A DNA stretch of 36,445 nucleotides from an uncultured Clostridia bacterium (GCA_964383655.1 CAYLIO010000001.1:1-36445); one strand, 5' to 3'. Positions 1 through 10,865 are shown, numbered from the stretch's first letter. The notes: generated by a model not told the origin, from the sequence alone. Translations and numbers: made by a program.

Positions 1-561
1 GAAACTAGCTATACGGCAACAGCAACGTTTAAATGCAGCAAATGCGATGATACCCAGGATGTAACGGCGGCTGTCACGAGCTCTACAAACGCTGCGACGT
101 GTACGGCAAACGGCACGACCACATACACCGCGACTGTGACAGTGACGGGAAGCACCGACGAAAAGACCTATACAGACAGCAAAGAGGTAAATATTCCCGC
201 AACGGGGCACAGCTACACAGATGGCAAGTGCACTATATGCGGAGCCGATGAACCCGACGAAGGTGAAGAGTCCGGAACAGGTGATACAGGCACAACCGGA
301 GAGTCCGGAACAGGCGATACCGGTACAGGTGACACAGGTACGGGTACAACCGATGGTGACGGTTCTTCCGGCGGTTCGACCGGCGGCACAACCGAGGATG
401 GCGAAACCAAAGATGGACTTTCCGGCGGCGCGATCGCGGGTATAGTCATAGGCAGCACGTTGGGCGCACTCATACTTGCCTATGCTGTATGCGGAATCCT
501 CTTTAAGAAGGGTATTGTAACAGCTGCATTCCTCAGTAAAATCTATCCGTTTATAAAGTAA
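1..561 (+). CDS. C-terminal part of a membrane-anchored surface protein; 5' end lies outside the window
   Basis: Frame 1 is open from base 1, upstream of the listed 136 start. It has Cys-pair modules (KCSKCDD, GKCTICGA), a G/T/D/S-rich low-complexity linker, and a C-terminal hydrophobic helix (GAIAGIVIGSTLGALILAYAVCGILF) followed by KK. Confidence 0.6.
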   Translation, partial: ETSYTATATFKCSKCDDTQDVTAAVTSSTNAATCTANGTTTYTATVTVTGSTDEKTYTDSKEVNIPATGHSYTDGKCTICGADEPDEGEESGTGDTGTTGESGTGDTGTGDTGTGTTDGDGSSGGSTGGTTEDGETKDGLSGGAIAGIVIGSTLGALILAYAVCGILFKKGIVTAAFLSKIYPFIK

Positions 562-611
562 CATTAAGTAAGCCGTAAAAACTGTCCTGTACGGACGGCA
601 TACGGAACACG

Positions 612-636
612 CAGGGAGTCGGTTTTCGGCTCCCTG
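612..636 (+). terminator. Rho-independent terminator-like hairpin after the surface protein gene
   Basis: CAGGGAG(TCG)...(CGG)CTCCCTG stem of about 10 bp including one G-U pair, 5-nt loop, followed by TAATTTTA. Confidence 0.45.
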
Positions 637-759
637 TAATTTTAGCTGTGTTCCCGGTATCGCACGATGATGAAAGTCCCGAATTTGCAAAGCTAATGCG
701 TGTTCGCCATGACAGAGTGTCTTTTTGTTGCATTGACGGATTTTTTGTTATGTCATCGC

Positions 760-2180
760 CTCGTAAGTTTTGTCATTAGCGGGTAATTTTGTTGCCTTTT
801 ATACATGCTCTCCGAAGTCGCAGCGCACGATGATTTTATCGCCTTGGCAGGTTTTAGGCGTAACGCCTCTTTGAAAGCATTTTCTTTTTATTTTTAAAGC
901 CTTCAAGAAGAAGATATGACGAGAATTGCCATAGTTTTTCAAATCCGACATTGCTGTCGAAGACGGCCGAAATATTTTCGGCGGGCAGATATGCGGTTAT
1001 TCTGTAATAATCTGGCATTTCCGATATTCTCCTCAGTTACGATATTTGAAAGCGTAATGAGTTACAAGCCGTTGCAATGGGTAAATTCTGTTATTATCGA
1101 AAGGCGCTATTGTGCCTTGTTTTGAATTTGCTCGCTGCGGTCCGGTGTGTTTGTTTACGTAAGGCAGTCAGGCTTCGTGTATGTAATGCAGCGCGTCTTC
1201 GTCCGCTTTTTGTTTTGTGCAGAATCATGCGGCTTCGTTCCGGTTCGCATGAAAAATATGAGCGATTCTTCGCGTAAAACGCGCATATCCGTAATTCATC
1301 GTTCCTCCTGCGCAGTGGTGCAGGAATTTGCCTTCGCGTTTGAGTTTGATGGGTGAAGGGACAATTATGCAGATGAAAGCGTTGCGTTTATCATATTCGA
1401 GAGACAGGTGCATTCCGTCAATAGTGGCAAACTTCTCGGGCATTTCCTGTTTGTCACTGTGCCCGTGTCTATGTGTATATCGTGCCGGCGCATAAAAGTC
1501 GTGAGGGAAACGGTTTTGTGAGAGATTATATCCGACTGTAAATACTCGCAGATGCGCAGGCAGTTAAGGTGCGGCGTCGGTGAAATCTTCTCCTCGTTAA
1601 TATAGTGGAGAGACTCTTTAATTTTTTTCTCGCTTAACAGATTGCAAATAGACTTATAGTCAATCTCCAGTCCATAGTGTTTTCTTGCAAGAAATCCCTG
1701 TAGCTGATCGGTTTGCCATTTAATATGCCCGTATAATGGTGTCTATGTAGAGAGGATAAGGCGATGGGCTTAAGTTGATTTCATGTCGCATCAACCATTT
1801 ACAGAATTGCTTGTCTGCTCAGATTCGTTTAAGGGTTGTAATGATGTCGTAATACATACTGAGGCTGACTTACAGGAATATTTTAAGTTGTGCGAATCAT
1901 TTATAAAGCTACAAGTATTCAAACAGATTTGTGCCTGAAACAATTTATATAGGAGCTTGTTATATTCGGTCAGTTTGTCGATGACCTGCATACTGACTAT
2001 GAGTGCCCAATGGTTATGATAGCGGTCTTTTGCCCGGCAAACGCCTCGCTTATAGCAATGCAGTTTTTTTTTGGATGTCTTCGTCGCAGCAGGCGGCGCG
2101 AAAACTCATGCTGTCGCAATAGACATCATCAATGATGATGTCGGGATCTAAACCATGAGTTTGATTGTGCTTTGCGTTCA
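760..2180 (-). pseudogene. Degraded PcfJ-like gene remnant with multiple frameshifts
   Basis: Minus-strand protein-like segments are spread over all three frames: MNAKHNQTHGLDPDIIIDDVYCDSMSF..., MQVIDKLTEYNKLLYKLF..., ...YGLEIDYKSICNLLSEKKIKESLHYINEEK...NCLRICEYLQSD..., and ...FICIIVPSPIKLKREGKFLHHCAGG... The last resembles the PcfJ core (EG..L.HCVG). A 9-T run at 2066-2074 is one break point. The boundaries are approximate. Confidence 0.4.
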
Positions 2181-2717
2181 TTGCATCCTAAGAAATTCAC
2201 ATTTTTGAGACATTTTAACGGATTTTTCGGCGTATATTTTATATTGTGGCGGACAAAAAATCCTCTGCAGAATTTTTTAACACAAACATTATATTTTTTT
2301 CTGAATCATATCTGTTACGATACGAAATGCCGGGAAATAAGAGGAAAGGGATAGGTCGCATAAACAAAAGACTATCCCTTTAGATATAGTCAAGCGGCTT
2401 TGAGCTTAAGCTATACATAGGCTAGATTCACCCCAATTGAAGCGTGGGTTAAAAACCGTTAAAAATCTGCACTTTGCTTTTCTAAAAACCAAAACGCTAA
2501 AATGAACCACTCTTTATTAATTTGCACCGTACTATGTCAGACATAATTATCTAAAAACCGATATTTTTTCGGGTATTCCCTGCCAATTTGACGCTGTATT
2601 TAAACAGGGTTAATTGTTTTATCTATCTTTATTCGCGGGTCAAATAATAATTTATGTGGTTAAATCAATTGAAAAAACAGTCGTCAGATTATATAATTGT
2701 GTATAGCAAGGAGTTAT

Positions 2718-4031
2718 ATGGATAGATATTACCACATCGTCACGTACGGGTGTCAGATGAATGTGCATGACTCAGAGAAAATAGCGGGTATGCTTTCAAA
2801 GATGGGATACTTATCTTGCGATGACATAAATAAAGCAGATATTGTAGTTTTTAACACATGTTGCATAAGGGAGAACGCAGAGAATCATGCCTACGGAAAT
2901 TTAGGCATGATTAAAAGTCTTAAGGCCGAAAAAAAGGACATTATAATAGCCGTTGGCGGCTGTATGCCGCAGCAGATAGGAAAGGCTGATATGTTGCACA
3001 AGAAGTTTCCGTATGTGGATGTCATATTCGGAACGCATAATTTAGGCAAACTTAAAGATTACATTCTTGAAAAGCAAAGCGGTAAAAAGACGGTTATAGA
3101 GATATACGACAAAGAGAGCGAAACGGATGAGTGGGAAGACAAACCGCTTCGCACGAGTTATCCCAATGCATGGATCAACATAATGTACGGCTGTGATAAT
3201 TTCTGCAGCTATTGTATCGTTCCGTATGTTCGCGGAAGGGAGCGTTCAAGACGTGCGGAGAGCGTAATTGCCGAGGCGCGTTCGCTCATAGGAGAAGGGT
3301 ATAGAGAGCTTACGCTCTTGGGCCAGAACGTAAACTCATACGGAAACGGCGGCGAAGTGACTTTTCCTGAGCTTTTGTCGCAAATTGCGGCGATAGACGG
3401 AAAGTTCAGACTCAGGTTTATGACGAGTCATCCTAAGGATTTTTCGGAGAGTCTTGCTAAGGTTATTGCGGACAATCCTAAGATCTGCAACTGTATCCAT
3501 CTTCCCGTACAGAGCGGTTCAGACAGAGTTCTTAAGGCGATGAACAGAAAATACACGGCCGCGGATTATCTCAGAAAAATAGATATCCTAAGAAAATATG
3601 TTCCGGACTGCGCTGTCACGACTGACCTTATCGTCGGCTTCCCCGGCGAGACGGAAGAGGACTTCAGGGACACGCTTTCTCTCGTTAAGCAAGTCAAATT
3701 TTCGTCGGCATTCACTTTCGTCTATTCAAAACGCGACGGAACGGCTGCTGCTAACATGAAAAATCCGGTGTCTCCCGAGGTATCCAAAGCGCGTATCATG
3801 GAGCTTGTGGCGCTCGTCAATAGTCAGACAAGGGAATTGAGCGAAAGGTACGCAGGCCGTACGTGCGAGATTCTGTGCGAGGATTACGATAAAAAGCGCG
3901 GTCTCTATCTCGGAAGAGACGAGTATGGCAGGATGGGGTATTTCAAGAGCGACAGAGACATGACGGGCGAGTTCGTGAAAATCAGGATAAACAAGACAAG
4001 CGGCATCTCTCTCATGGGCGAGATGATATAG
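2718..4031 (+). CDS. miaB: tRNA-2-methylthio-N6-dimethylallyladenosine synthase (radical SAM methylthiotransferase)
   Basis: AAGGAG at 2708-2713 precedes the ATG at 2718, so the listed TTG at 2697 is unlikely. Has N-terminal YGCQMN, the radical-SAM motif CDNFCSYCIVPYVRG, and a TRAM-like C terminus. Confidence 0.9.
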   Translation: MDRYYHIVTYGCQMNVHDSEKIAGMLSKMGYLSCDDINKADIVVFNTCCIRENAENHAYGNLGMIKSLKAEKKDIIIAVGGCMPQQIGKADMLHKKFPYVDVIFGTHNLGKLKDYILEKQSGKKTVIEIYDKESETDEWEDKPLRTSYPNAWINIMYGCDNFCSYCIVPYVRGRERSRRAESVIAEARSLIGEGYRELTLLGQNVNSYGNGGEVTFPELLSQIAAIDGKFRLRFMTSHPKDFSESLAKVIADNPKICNCIHLPVQSGSDRVLKAMNRKYTAADYLRKIDILRKYVPDCAVTTDLIVGFPGETEEDFRDTLSLVKQVKFSSAFTFVYSKRDGTAAANMKNPVSPEVSKARIMELVALVNSQTRELSERYAGRTCEILCEDYDKKRGLYLGRDEYGRMGYFKSDRDMTGEFVKIRINKTSGISLMGEMI

Positions 4032-4110
4032 TGCGGCCGGTTTAAGGCAAGGCATTTTTTAAAAATGCGTAATAAAAAAACGATTTGCATTTTTTATTCG
4101 GGTTGTATAA

Positions 4111-6699
4111 ATGGCACTTTCTCAGATGATGCAGCATTATCTTTGCGTCAAAGAAAATTACAAAGACTGCGTTGTGTTCTACAGACTCGGCGATTTTTAC
4201 GAGATGTTTTTCGACGATGCCGAGAGAGTCTCACAAATGCTGGGGCTTACGCTCACGGGCAGGGACTGCGGTCTTGAAAAGCGTGCGCCTATGTGCGGCG
4301 TGCCTTTTCATGCGGCGGACGGCTATATTGCAAAGCTCGTGGAGATGGGTGAGAAAGTGGCTATTTGCGAGCAACTTGAGGACGCTGCCTCGGCAAAGGG
4401 AATAGTTGCCAGAGACGTCGTGCGCGTCGTTACCGCAGGAACGGTCACCGACGAGAATTATATGGATGCAAAGACCGCAAACTATATATGCAGTGCTTTC
4501 GTCAAAGACGGCACGGCTGCGCTTGCATGGGCGGATATAACGACCGGCGAGCTTTGTGCGGCAGAATTTACGGGCGAGACTCCTGAGAGACAGGCTGTAG
4601 CTCAGATGATGAAGCTGTCGGTAAAGGAAGTCATATGCGGCGACGCCTATCTTGCGGCGACGCGTGAATTCCCCGAGGTTTTGAGGGGGATGGTTCCGCA
4701 TTTCTATGTATATCCCGACTGGGCGTACGGATATGCTGCTGCCGAGAGGTCTCTTTGCGAACAATTCGGGACAAGTTCGCTTTCGGCCTTTTCCGTCAGC
4801 GGACACGCCTGCGCCGTAAGCGCCGCGGGAGCGCTCATAGAGTATCTCAAAGAGACGCAGAAGCATGCGCTGAAAAATATAGACGGCATAAAGTTCATAC
4901 CAAGCGACAGTTATTTAAAACTGGACGGCAGCGCCATCAGAAACTTGGAACTTGTCAAGACGCTTGCGGAGAATAAGCGTTACGGCTCTTTATTATGGGT
5001 TTTGGACAAGACGAAGACGAGTATGGGGGCGCGTCTTTTATATAACTGCATACTCTCGCCGCTTGCAGATAGGGATGAGATAAATTACAGGCTGGACGGC
5101 GTGGAAGAGCTGTATAATGCGCCCGTCGCAATGCTGTCGGTTGCCGAGCTTTTGTCCGAAGTCAGGGATATAGAACGTCTTGCCGGCAAGATCTCGAACG
5201 ACAACATAATGCCGAGAGACTGCATTGCTTTGGCGCAGTCTCTGTCGGTTATTCCAAATATTAAGTTTCAGGTCTTCGGTTTTTCATCGCTCGCGGTTAA
5301 GGATATTACAGACGGGCTTTTAGATCTCGGCGAAGTCGCATCGTTAATTTCTGCGGCGATCGTGTCTGAGAATACTCCGTCCGGATTAAAAGACGGAGGA
5401 TATATAAAAAAGGGATACAATGCCGAGCTTGACGACTTGCGCGACATAAGAGAGCACGGGAAGGATGTCGTGCTCGATATAGAATCGCGGGAGCGGGACG
5501 TGACCGGCATAAGGACGCTTAAAGTCGGATACAACCGCGTGTTCGGTTATTATATAGAGGTGTCGAAGTCGTTCAAGGACAAAGTGCCGGAGCACTACCA
5601 GCGTCGGCAGACTCTCGCAAACGCAGAGAGGTATACGACGGACGAACTTAAAGAGATAGAGGAGAAGATTTTAAACAGCGAAGAGACAGCGCTGAGGCTC
5701 GAGGCTGAAATTTATGGGGCCATAAAGGAAGTTCTTTTGCAAAATATAAACAATCTGAAAAGAATTTCCGAAAGCATCGCGCTTTTGGATATGCTCGTCT
5801 CGTTTGCGCAGGCAGCAAGGAGCAATCGCTATGTGCGCCCTGAAATCGCTGACAGTTCCGCTCCGCTCGTCATCAAAGAGGGCAGGCATCCCGTCGTCGA
5901 GGCAATTTCAAAAGAGCGATTTGTCGCAAACGATGCATTGTTGGATGAGGACGAAAACCGTACGATGATAATAACCGGGCCGAACATGGCGGGGAAGAGT
6001 ACTTATATGCGTCAGATCGCGCTTATCGCTATAATGGCGCACATAGGGAGCTTTGTTCCGGCAAAGTCTGCGTCCGTCCCCGTGACGGACAGAATATTTA
6101 CGCGCGTCGGGGCAAGCGACAATCTTATCTTTGACCGGAGCACGTTCATGGTGGAGATGATAGAGGTTGCGACTATTTTGCAGAACGCGACTAAGAATAG
6201 CCTGCTTATCCTCGATGAAGTCGGGAGAGGCACGAGTACATATGACGGGCTCAGCATCGCCTGGGCAGTGATAGAATATATTACACAGAAAATAGGGGCT
6301 AAAACGCTGTTTGCTACTCATTATCACGAACTTACGGAGCTCGAGACAAAGATAGAGGGTATCAAGAACTACAAGATTGCGGTAAAGGAAATAGACGGCA
6401 ATATAGTATTTCTGCGTAAGATCATGCGAGGCGGCGCTAACCGCAGCTTCGGAATAGAGGTCGCTTCGCTCGCCGGAGTGCCTCAGGCTGTTACCGAGCG
6501 CGCTAAACAGATTTTGAAACTCGTCGACAGAAAAGACGGCGGGGCCGTGAGTTCAAGCAGCGATGAGATTGCCATAGAACGTCAATACTCTGAGGTTGAG
6601 CGCATCCTCAAGGATACAGACTTAAACAGCATGTCTCCTTTGCAGGCGTTCTCGCTGCTGTCTGACCTCATTGAGAAGGTAAAGCGATGGGAAAGATAA
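4111..6699 (+). CDS. mutS: DNA mismatch repair protein MutS
   Basis: 862 aa with GDFYEMF mismatch-binding N terminus, Walker A GPNMAGKSTYMRQ, DEVGRGTSTYDG and THYHEL. Confidence 0.95.
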   Translation: MALSQMMQHYLCVKENYKDCVVFYRLGDFYEMFFDDAERVSQMLGLTLTGRDCGLEKRAPMCGVPFHAADGYIAKLVEMGEKVAICEQLEDAASAKGIVARDVVRVVTAGTVTDENYMDAKTANYICSAFVKDGTAALAWADITTGELCAAEFTGETPERQAVAQMMKLSVKEVICGDAYLAATREFPEVLRGMVPHFYVYPDWAYGYAAAERSLCEQFGTSSLSAFSVSGHACAVSAAGALIEYLKETQKHALKNIDGIKFIPSDSYLKLDGSAIRNLELVKTLAENKRYGSLLWVLDKTKTSMGARLLYNCILSPLADRDEINYRLDGVEELYNAPVAMLSVAELLSEVRDIERLAGKISNDNIMPRDCIALAQSLSVIPNIKFQVFGFSSLAVKDITDGLLDLGEVASLISAAIVSENTPSGLKDGGYIKKGYNAELDDLRDIREHGKDVVLDIESRERDVTGIRTLKVGYNRVFGYYIEVSKSFKDKVPEHYQRRQTLANAERYTTDELKEIEEKILNSEETALRLEAEIYGAIKEVLLQNINNLKRISESIALLDMLVSFAQAARSNRYVRPEIADSSAPLVIKEGRHPVVEAISKERFVANDALLDEDENRTMIITGPNMAGKSTYMRQIALIAIMAHIGSFVPAKSASVPVTDRIFTRVGASDNLIFDRSTFMVEMIEVATILQNATKNSLLILDEVGRGTSTYDGLSIAWAVIEYITQKIGAKTLFATHYHELTELETKIEGIKNYKIAVKEIDGNIVFLRKIMRGGANRSFGIEVASLAGVPQAVTERAKQILKLVDRKDGGAVSSSSDEIAIERQYSEVERILKDTDLNSMSPLQAFSLLSDLIEKVKRWER

Positions 6700-8609
6700 A
6701 TATACTCACCAAGGATATATATAACCGCATTGCGGCGGGTGAAGTGGTGGACCGGCCTTATTCCGTCGTCAAAGAGCTTGTAGAGAACTCGCTTGATGCC
6801 GGGGCAACGGAGATTTCGATATACATCGAAAAGGGTGGTAAGCAGCTCATACGCGTGTGCGACAACGGCAGCGGCATCGAGGAAGACGATATGCGCAAGG
6901 CCTTTATTCCGCACGCAACGAGCAAAGTGTCCAAGCTCGAGGATCTCGACGCGATAGCCACTCTCGGATTCAGGGGAGAGGCGCTTGCGAGCATATCTTC
7001 CGTATCGAGGATGGAAATTATATCTGCAACAGAGGGAAATCCTGCGTTCAAAATAGTCAGCGAAGGCGGACAGTCGGGCAGGACAGAGCCCGCGGGCGCA
7101 GGAAGAGGCACAGAAGTTATCGTTCGCGATTTGTTCTACAACACGCCGGTAAGAGCGAAGTTTTTAAAATCGGACAAGGCAGAAGAAGGTGATATTCAAA
7201 GCTTTGCGTCACGCTTTATTCTCGGTAATCCCGAAGTCTCGTTCAGGTATTATGCGGATGGCAAACTTAAGCTTCAGTCATACGGCAACGGACTCGACGA
7301 AGCGATATCCCAGGTCTATGGCTCAAAAGTTCTTCCGCAGTGTTTCAGGCCGGATGCCGAATTGCACGGCATAAAGATTAAGGGTTACATAGGAAATCAA
7401 AATTTTTTCAAGCCGAATAAGAGCTGCCAGAGTCTCTTCCTGAACGGCAGATACATCGTAAACAATATCATTTCCTCCGCCGTTACGAATGCATACGCAA
7501 GTTATCTCATGAAGAGGCAGTATCCGTTTTATGTTCTTTTTATAGACGTGCCTGCCGAGATGGTGGACGTAAATGTCCATCCCAACAAGGCTGATGTGCG
7601 CTTTACGGACGGAAGAGCGATCTACGGGATCGTATATACCGTGATATCCGGGATACTTGACGGGACGGCGAGAGCGGCGGAGTTTGTTGCGAGCTTCACC
7701 GGGCAGCCCGAGATAAAATCGTATATGCCTGACGAAGTTAAACGGCCCGTGCGACCGTCAGGTGCGGATGCGGCAGTACAAACCGATGTTTTCTCGGGCG
7801 CAAAAACGCGCGATAAAACAGAAAAAGAGACTTCGCTTTCGGATTTTTCATCGGGAGACGGCTTTATTCCGCCGGAGTTTAATTTTAAGGACTTGCTGAA
7901 GTGCGCGAATACTTGCGATGCTTCTCTTCCGGAGAAAAATGTTGCGGAGAAAGCATTAAGCTCCGTAACATATGACGATAAAACGACGCGAGGTGCGGCC
8001 CGGAATGATATTTCCGAACAGGAAAGAGTTGACATAGATGCGCTTGTGTATACAGGCAGTCTGTTTAACACGTATCTCATATTCGAATACGGCGATTCGG
8101 CGTATATAATAGACCAGCACGCCGCGCATGAGCGAATAATATACGACAAGCTAAAAAAAGAGCTTGAGAACAGAAGCGTTTCCGTACAGGGAATGCTTGT
8201 TCCGTATATCCTTTCACTCAGTGCGGATGAAAACTCGTTTATAGAGGAAAATTTAGAAGTCATCCGCGAGATGGGTTTCGATATCGAGCCGTTCGGAATA
8301 AATTCGTATAAGATAGGCGAAGTTCCCGCAGATCTCATAAATCTGGATTTTAAAGCATTCTTTGACGAACTTTTGTCGGATATCTCGGGTCTCAAAACTA
8401 TAAAATATGCAGATCTTTTAAAAGACAAAATAGCCATGACTGCCTGCAAACATGCGGTAAAAGGCGGAGACAGACTCAATATACGCGAGGCAGAGACGCT
8501 CATAAAACAGATGGGCGGAGACATGGGGCTGAAGTGTCCGCACGGACGCCCCGTTGCGGTCAGACTGACGAAATACCAAATAGAAAAGATGTTCAAGAGG
8601 ATAGTATGA
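6687..8609 (+). CDS. mutL: DNA mismatch repair protein MutL
   Basis: GHKL ATPase motifs (VVKELVENSLDAGA, DNGSGI, GFRGEAL) and C-terminal QHAAHERIIYD. Overlaps the mutS 3' end by 13 nt. Confidence 0.95.
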   Translation: MGKINILTKDIYNRIAAGEVVDRPYSVVKELVENSLDAGATEISIYIEKGGKQLIRVCDNGSGIEEDDMRKAFIPHATSKVSKLEDLDAIATLGFRGEALASISSVSRMEIISATEGNPAFKIVSEGGQSGRTEPAGAGRGTEVIVRDLFYNTPVRAKFLKSDKAEEGDIQSFASRFILGNPEVSFRYYADGKLKLQSYGNGLDEAISQVYGSKVLPQCFRPDAELHGIKIKGYIGNQNFFKPNKSCQSLFLNGRYIVNNIISSAVTNAYASYLMKRQYPFYVLFIDVPAEMVDVNVHPNKADVRFTDGRAIYGIVYTVISGILDGTARAAEFVASFTGQPEIKSYMPDEVKRPVRPSGADAAVQTDVFSGAKTRDKTEKETSLSDFSSGDGFIPPEFNFKDLLKCANTCDASLPEKNVAEKALSSVTYDDKTTRGAARNDISEQERVDIDALVYTGSLFNTYLIFEYGDSAYIIDQHAAHERIIYDKLKKELENRSVSVQGMLVPYILSLSADENSFIEENLEVIREMGFDIEPFGINSYKIGEVPADLINLDFKAFFDELLSDISGLKTIKYADLLKDKIAMTACKHAVKGGDRLNIREAETLIKQMGGDMGLKCPHGRPVAVRLTKYQIEKMFKRIV

Positions 8610-9520
8610 CCGGGAAAAAGGTGCTTGTCATATGCGGCGCGACTGCAACGGGGAAAACCAATCTTGCGGCGGAATGCGCAAAAAAGCTCGGCAGTGCAGT
8701 CATCTCGGCCGATTCCCAGCTTGTCTATAAGGGGTTGAATATAGGCACGGCAAAGCCGAAGGAAGAAGAGAGGCTTGGCGTTTTGCATTATATGATAGAT
8801 GTCGCGGAGCCGAAGGACGAATATAATGTCTCGGATTATCGCGATAACGCGCTTCCCATCGTCAAACGATTTACGGACGAGGGAAAAATTCCCGTCATCT
8901 GCGGAGGAACGGGTTTTTATATAAACGCAATTCTTTTTGATTTGAGCTACGGACGCGTGCCCAAAGATCAAGCGGTGAGAGAAAAATACGAAAATCTCGC
9001 AAAGGAAAAAGGTAAGGCATACGTTTATTCGCTGCTTGAAAAGGCAGATGCCGAATCGGCGTCCTCGCTCCATCCGAATGATTTAAAGCGCGTTATTCGC
9101 GCACTGGAAATTTATGAAGCGGGGGGAGTAAAAAAATCCGAAATAAAAGACGGCCGTACAAGCCGTTTCGATTATCTTGCCGTCGAAATAAAATATCCCA
9201 GAGACGAACTGTACAGACGCATAGACGAGCGTGTGGACAAAATGTTTGATTCAGGTCTTGTTGAGGAAGTGGAGAACCTTCTCGCGGCAGGAATTGACGA
9301 AAACTGCCGCTGTATGCAGGCCATAGGATATAAAGAGGTCATAGAAGGAATAAGAAAAGGGCTTTCACAAAGTACTATGCGTGAAATAATTAAGCAAAAT
9401 ACACGCAGGTATGCCAAAAGGCAGATCACATTTTTTAAAAAAATGCCGCATTTGATACAACTTTTGCCCGTAGAGGCGAATACGGATAAGGTTTTGGAGC
9501 TTATAAATGAGAGAGGATGA
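8606..9520 (+). CDS. miaA: tRNA dimethylallyltransferase
   Basis: The ATG at 8606 forms an ATGA overlap with the mutL stop. Has P-loop GATATGKT and DSQLVYKGLNIGTAKP. I rejected the listed 8534 start as an extension inside mutL. Confidence 0.9.
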   Translation: MTGKKVLVICGATATGKTNLAAECAKKLGSAVISADSQLVYKGLNIGTAKPKEEERLGVLHYMIDVAEPKDEYNVSDYRDNALPIVKRFTDEGKIPVICGGTGFYINAILFDLSYGRVPKDQAVREKYENLAKEKGKAYVYSLLEKADAESASSLHPNDLKRVIRALEIYEAGGVKKSEIKDGRTSRFDYLAVEIKYPRDELYRRIDERVDKMFDSGLVEEVENLLAAGIDENCRCMQAIGYKEVIEGIRKGLSQSTMREIIKQNTRRYAKRQITFFKKMPHLIQLLPVEANTDKVLELINERG

Positions 9521-10733
9521 ATACGAGAGTTATATAAAGAAATGCGAGAATAATTGTGCAGATCTTTTTAAAGAGATAGACGATTTATCGGCGTTTAATC
9601 AGGCCAAAGTATGCAGAGCGTTTGAAAAATACCGCGTATCGCCCCGTCATTTCAGCGGAACGACCGGTTACGGCTATGGTGACGAGGGAAGAGATACGCT
9701 TGGAAAGGTGTTTGCAGAGGCGTTCGGAGCCGAGGCGGGTATTGTTTCGCCGCACCTTCTTTCCGGGACGCATACGCTTACCGTGGCGCTGTTTGGTTTG
9801 TTGAGACCGGGGGATACGTTGCTTTGCGTAAGCGGCATGCCGTATGACACTATTCGGGAAGTCATTTACGGCTCAGGCAACGGTTCGCTCAGGGATTTCG
9901 GGATTAACTTCAGGTGCAGCGACTTAACGGCTGACGGGAAGTTTGATTATGAAGCGCTAAGGTATACTTTGGATAAAACCGTCAAGGTTGTATATATCCA
10001 GCGTTCACGCGGTTACGAGCTGAGAGATGCGTTTTCCTGTGAAGAAATAGGCGCTATGTGCGATTTTCTGCGCGGGGCCGGATTTAAAGGCTGTATTTTT
10101 GTAGATAACTGCTATGGCGAGTTCGTCGAGAAGATTGAGCCTACAGAGAAAGGAGCGGATATAATTGTCGGTTCGCTCATTAAAAATCCGGGTGGCGGAC
10201 TTGCCCTGACCGGCGGGTACATCTGCGGGAGACAGGAATACATCGATCTCATAGGGAAAAGGCTCACCGCACCGTCCATAGGCGTTGAGGTGGGGTCGTA
10301 TGCGGCGGGTTATCAGTGCTATTATCAGGGTTTTTTTATTGCGCCTCACACAGTTGCGCAGGCTTTGAAATGTAGTCTTTTAATTGGCGAGGCTATGGCG
10401 GGACTCGGTTATAAAAACTTCCCGAAATCCTGCTCCATGCCTAAAGATATAACACGCGCGATTGAATTTGATGATAAGGAAAAAATGATAAATTTCATAC
10501 GTGAAGTGCAGTACGCCTCGCCTGTGGACAGCTTTGTTTCATGCGAGCCGTGGGACATGCCCGGCTATGAAGATAAGGTGATCATGGCTGCGGGAACGTT
10601 TGTTTCGGGTTCTTCTATCGAGCTTTCGGCGGACGGGCCGGTGAGGGAGCCGTATATAGCATACTTTCAGGGCGGACTTTCGTATGAGCACGGTAGATAC
10701 GCTCTTTCTAAGATTTTAAGAAAGCTGATGTGA
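9507..10733 (+). CDS. YnbB / aluminium-resistance family PLP-dependent enzyme (Met_gamma_lyase-like)
   Basis: TTGYGYGDEGRDTL, LLSGTHTL, LRPGDTLL..SGMPYDT and GNGSLRDFGI match this family as I recall it. Confidence 0.8.
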   Translation: MREDEYESYIKKCENNCADLFKEIDDLSAFNQAKVCRAFEKYRVSPRHFSGTTGYGYGDEGRDTLGKVFAEAFGAEAGIVSPHLLSGTHTLTVALFGLLRPGDTLLCVSGMPYDTIREVIYGSGNGSLRDFGINFRCSDLTADGKFDYEALRYTLDKTVKVVYIQRSRGYELRDAFSCEEIGAMCDFLRGAGFKGCIFVDNCYGEFVEKIEPTEKGADIIVGSLIKNPGGGLALTGGYICGRQEYIDLIGKRLTAPSIGVEVGSYAAGYQCYYQGFFIAPHTVAQALKCSLLIGEAMAGLGYKNFPKSCSMPKDITRAIEFDDKEKMINFIREVQYASPVDSFVSCEPWDMPGYEDKVIMAAGTFVSGSSIELSADGPVREPYIAYFQGGLSYEHGRYALSKILRKLM

Positions 10734-10865
10734 TTATGACTGTCTGTGGGTAATATAGTTTCGGACAATGCTTCAGATTATCTCAGTTTTCGTGCTGCAA
10801 TCTTACTTTTTCGGTCGTGAAATAAAGGCTGAACGGGGACAAGATTTCAATAGGATGAAATAAAA

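Noticed and set aside
213-473. Alternative-frame ORFs (213-473 minus, 221-445 plus) inside the surface protein linker
   Set aside because: These are artefacts of the repetitive GGN/ACN-rich linker. Frame 1 is open from base 1 and ends in a membrane anchor.
2345-2381. AAAGGGATAG...CTATCCCTTT hairpin in the long region upstream of miaB, as a possible ncRNA or riboswitch element
   Set aside because: It is an isolated 10-bp stem with a 17-nt loop. I recognised no riboswitch or ncRNA consensus in 2180-2696. It is probably a relic terminator of the decayed element.
4231-4866. 211-aa minus-strand ORF, plus similar ORFs at 5908-6327, 31476-32141 and 34633-35343
   Set aside because: All are antisense to well-supported genes (mutS, pepF, tsaC/ywlE) and have no recognisable features.
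7622-9073. 483-aa minus-strand ORF, the longest unexplained ORF in the track
   Set aside because: It is entirely antisense to the strongly supported mutL and miaA. The translation is Ser/Phe/Ile-rich with no recognisable motifs and no RBS. This is a typical shadow ORF.
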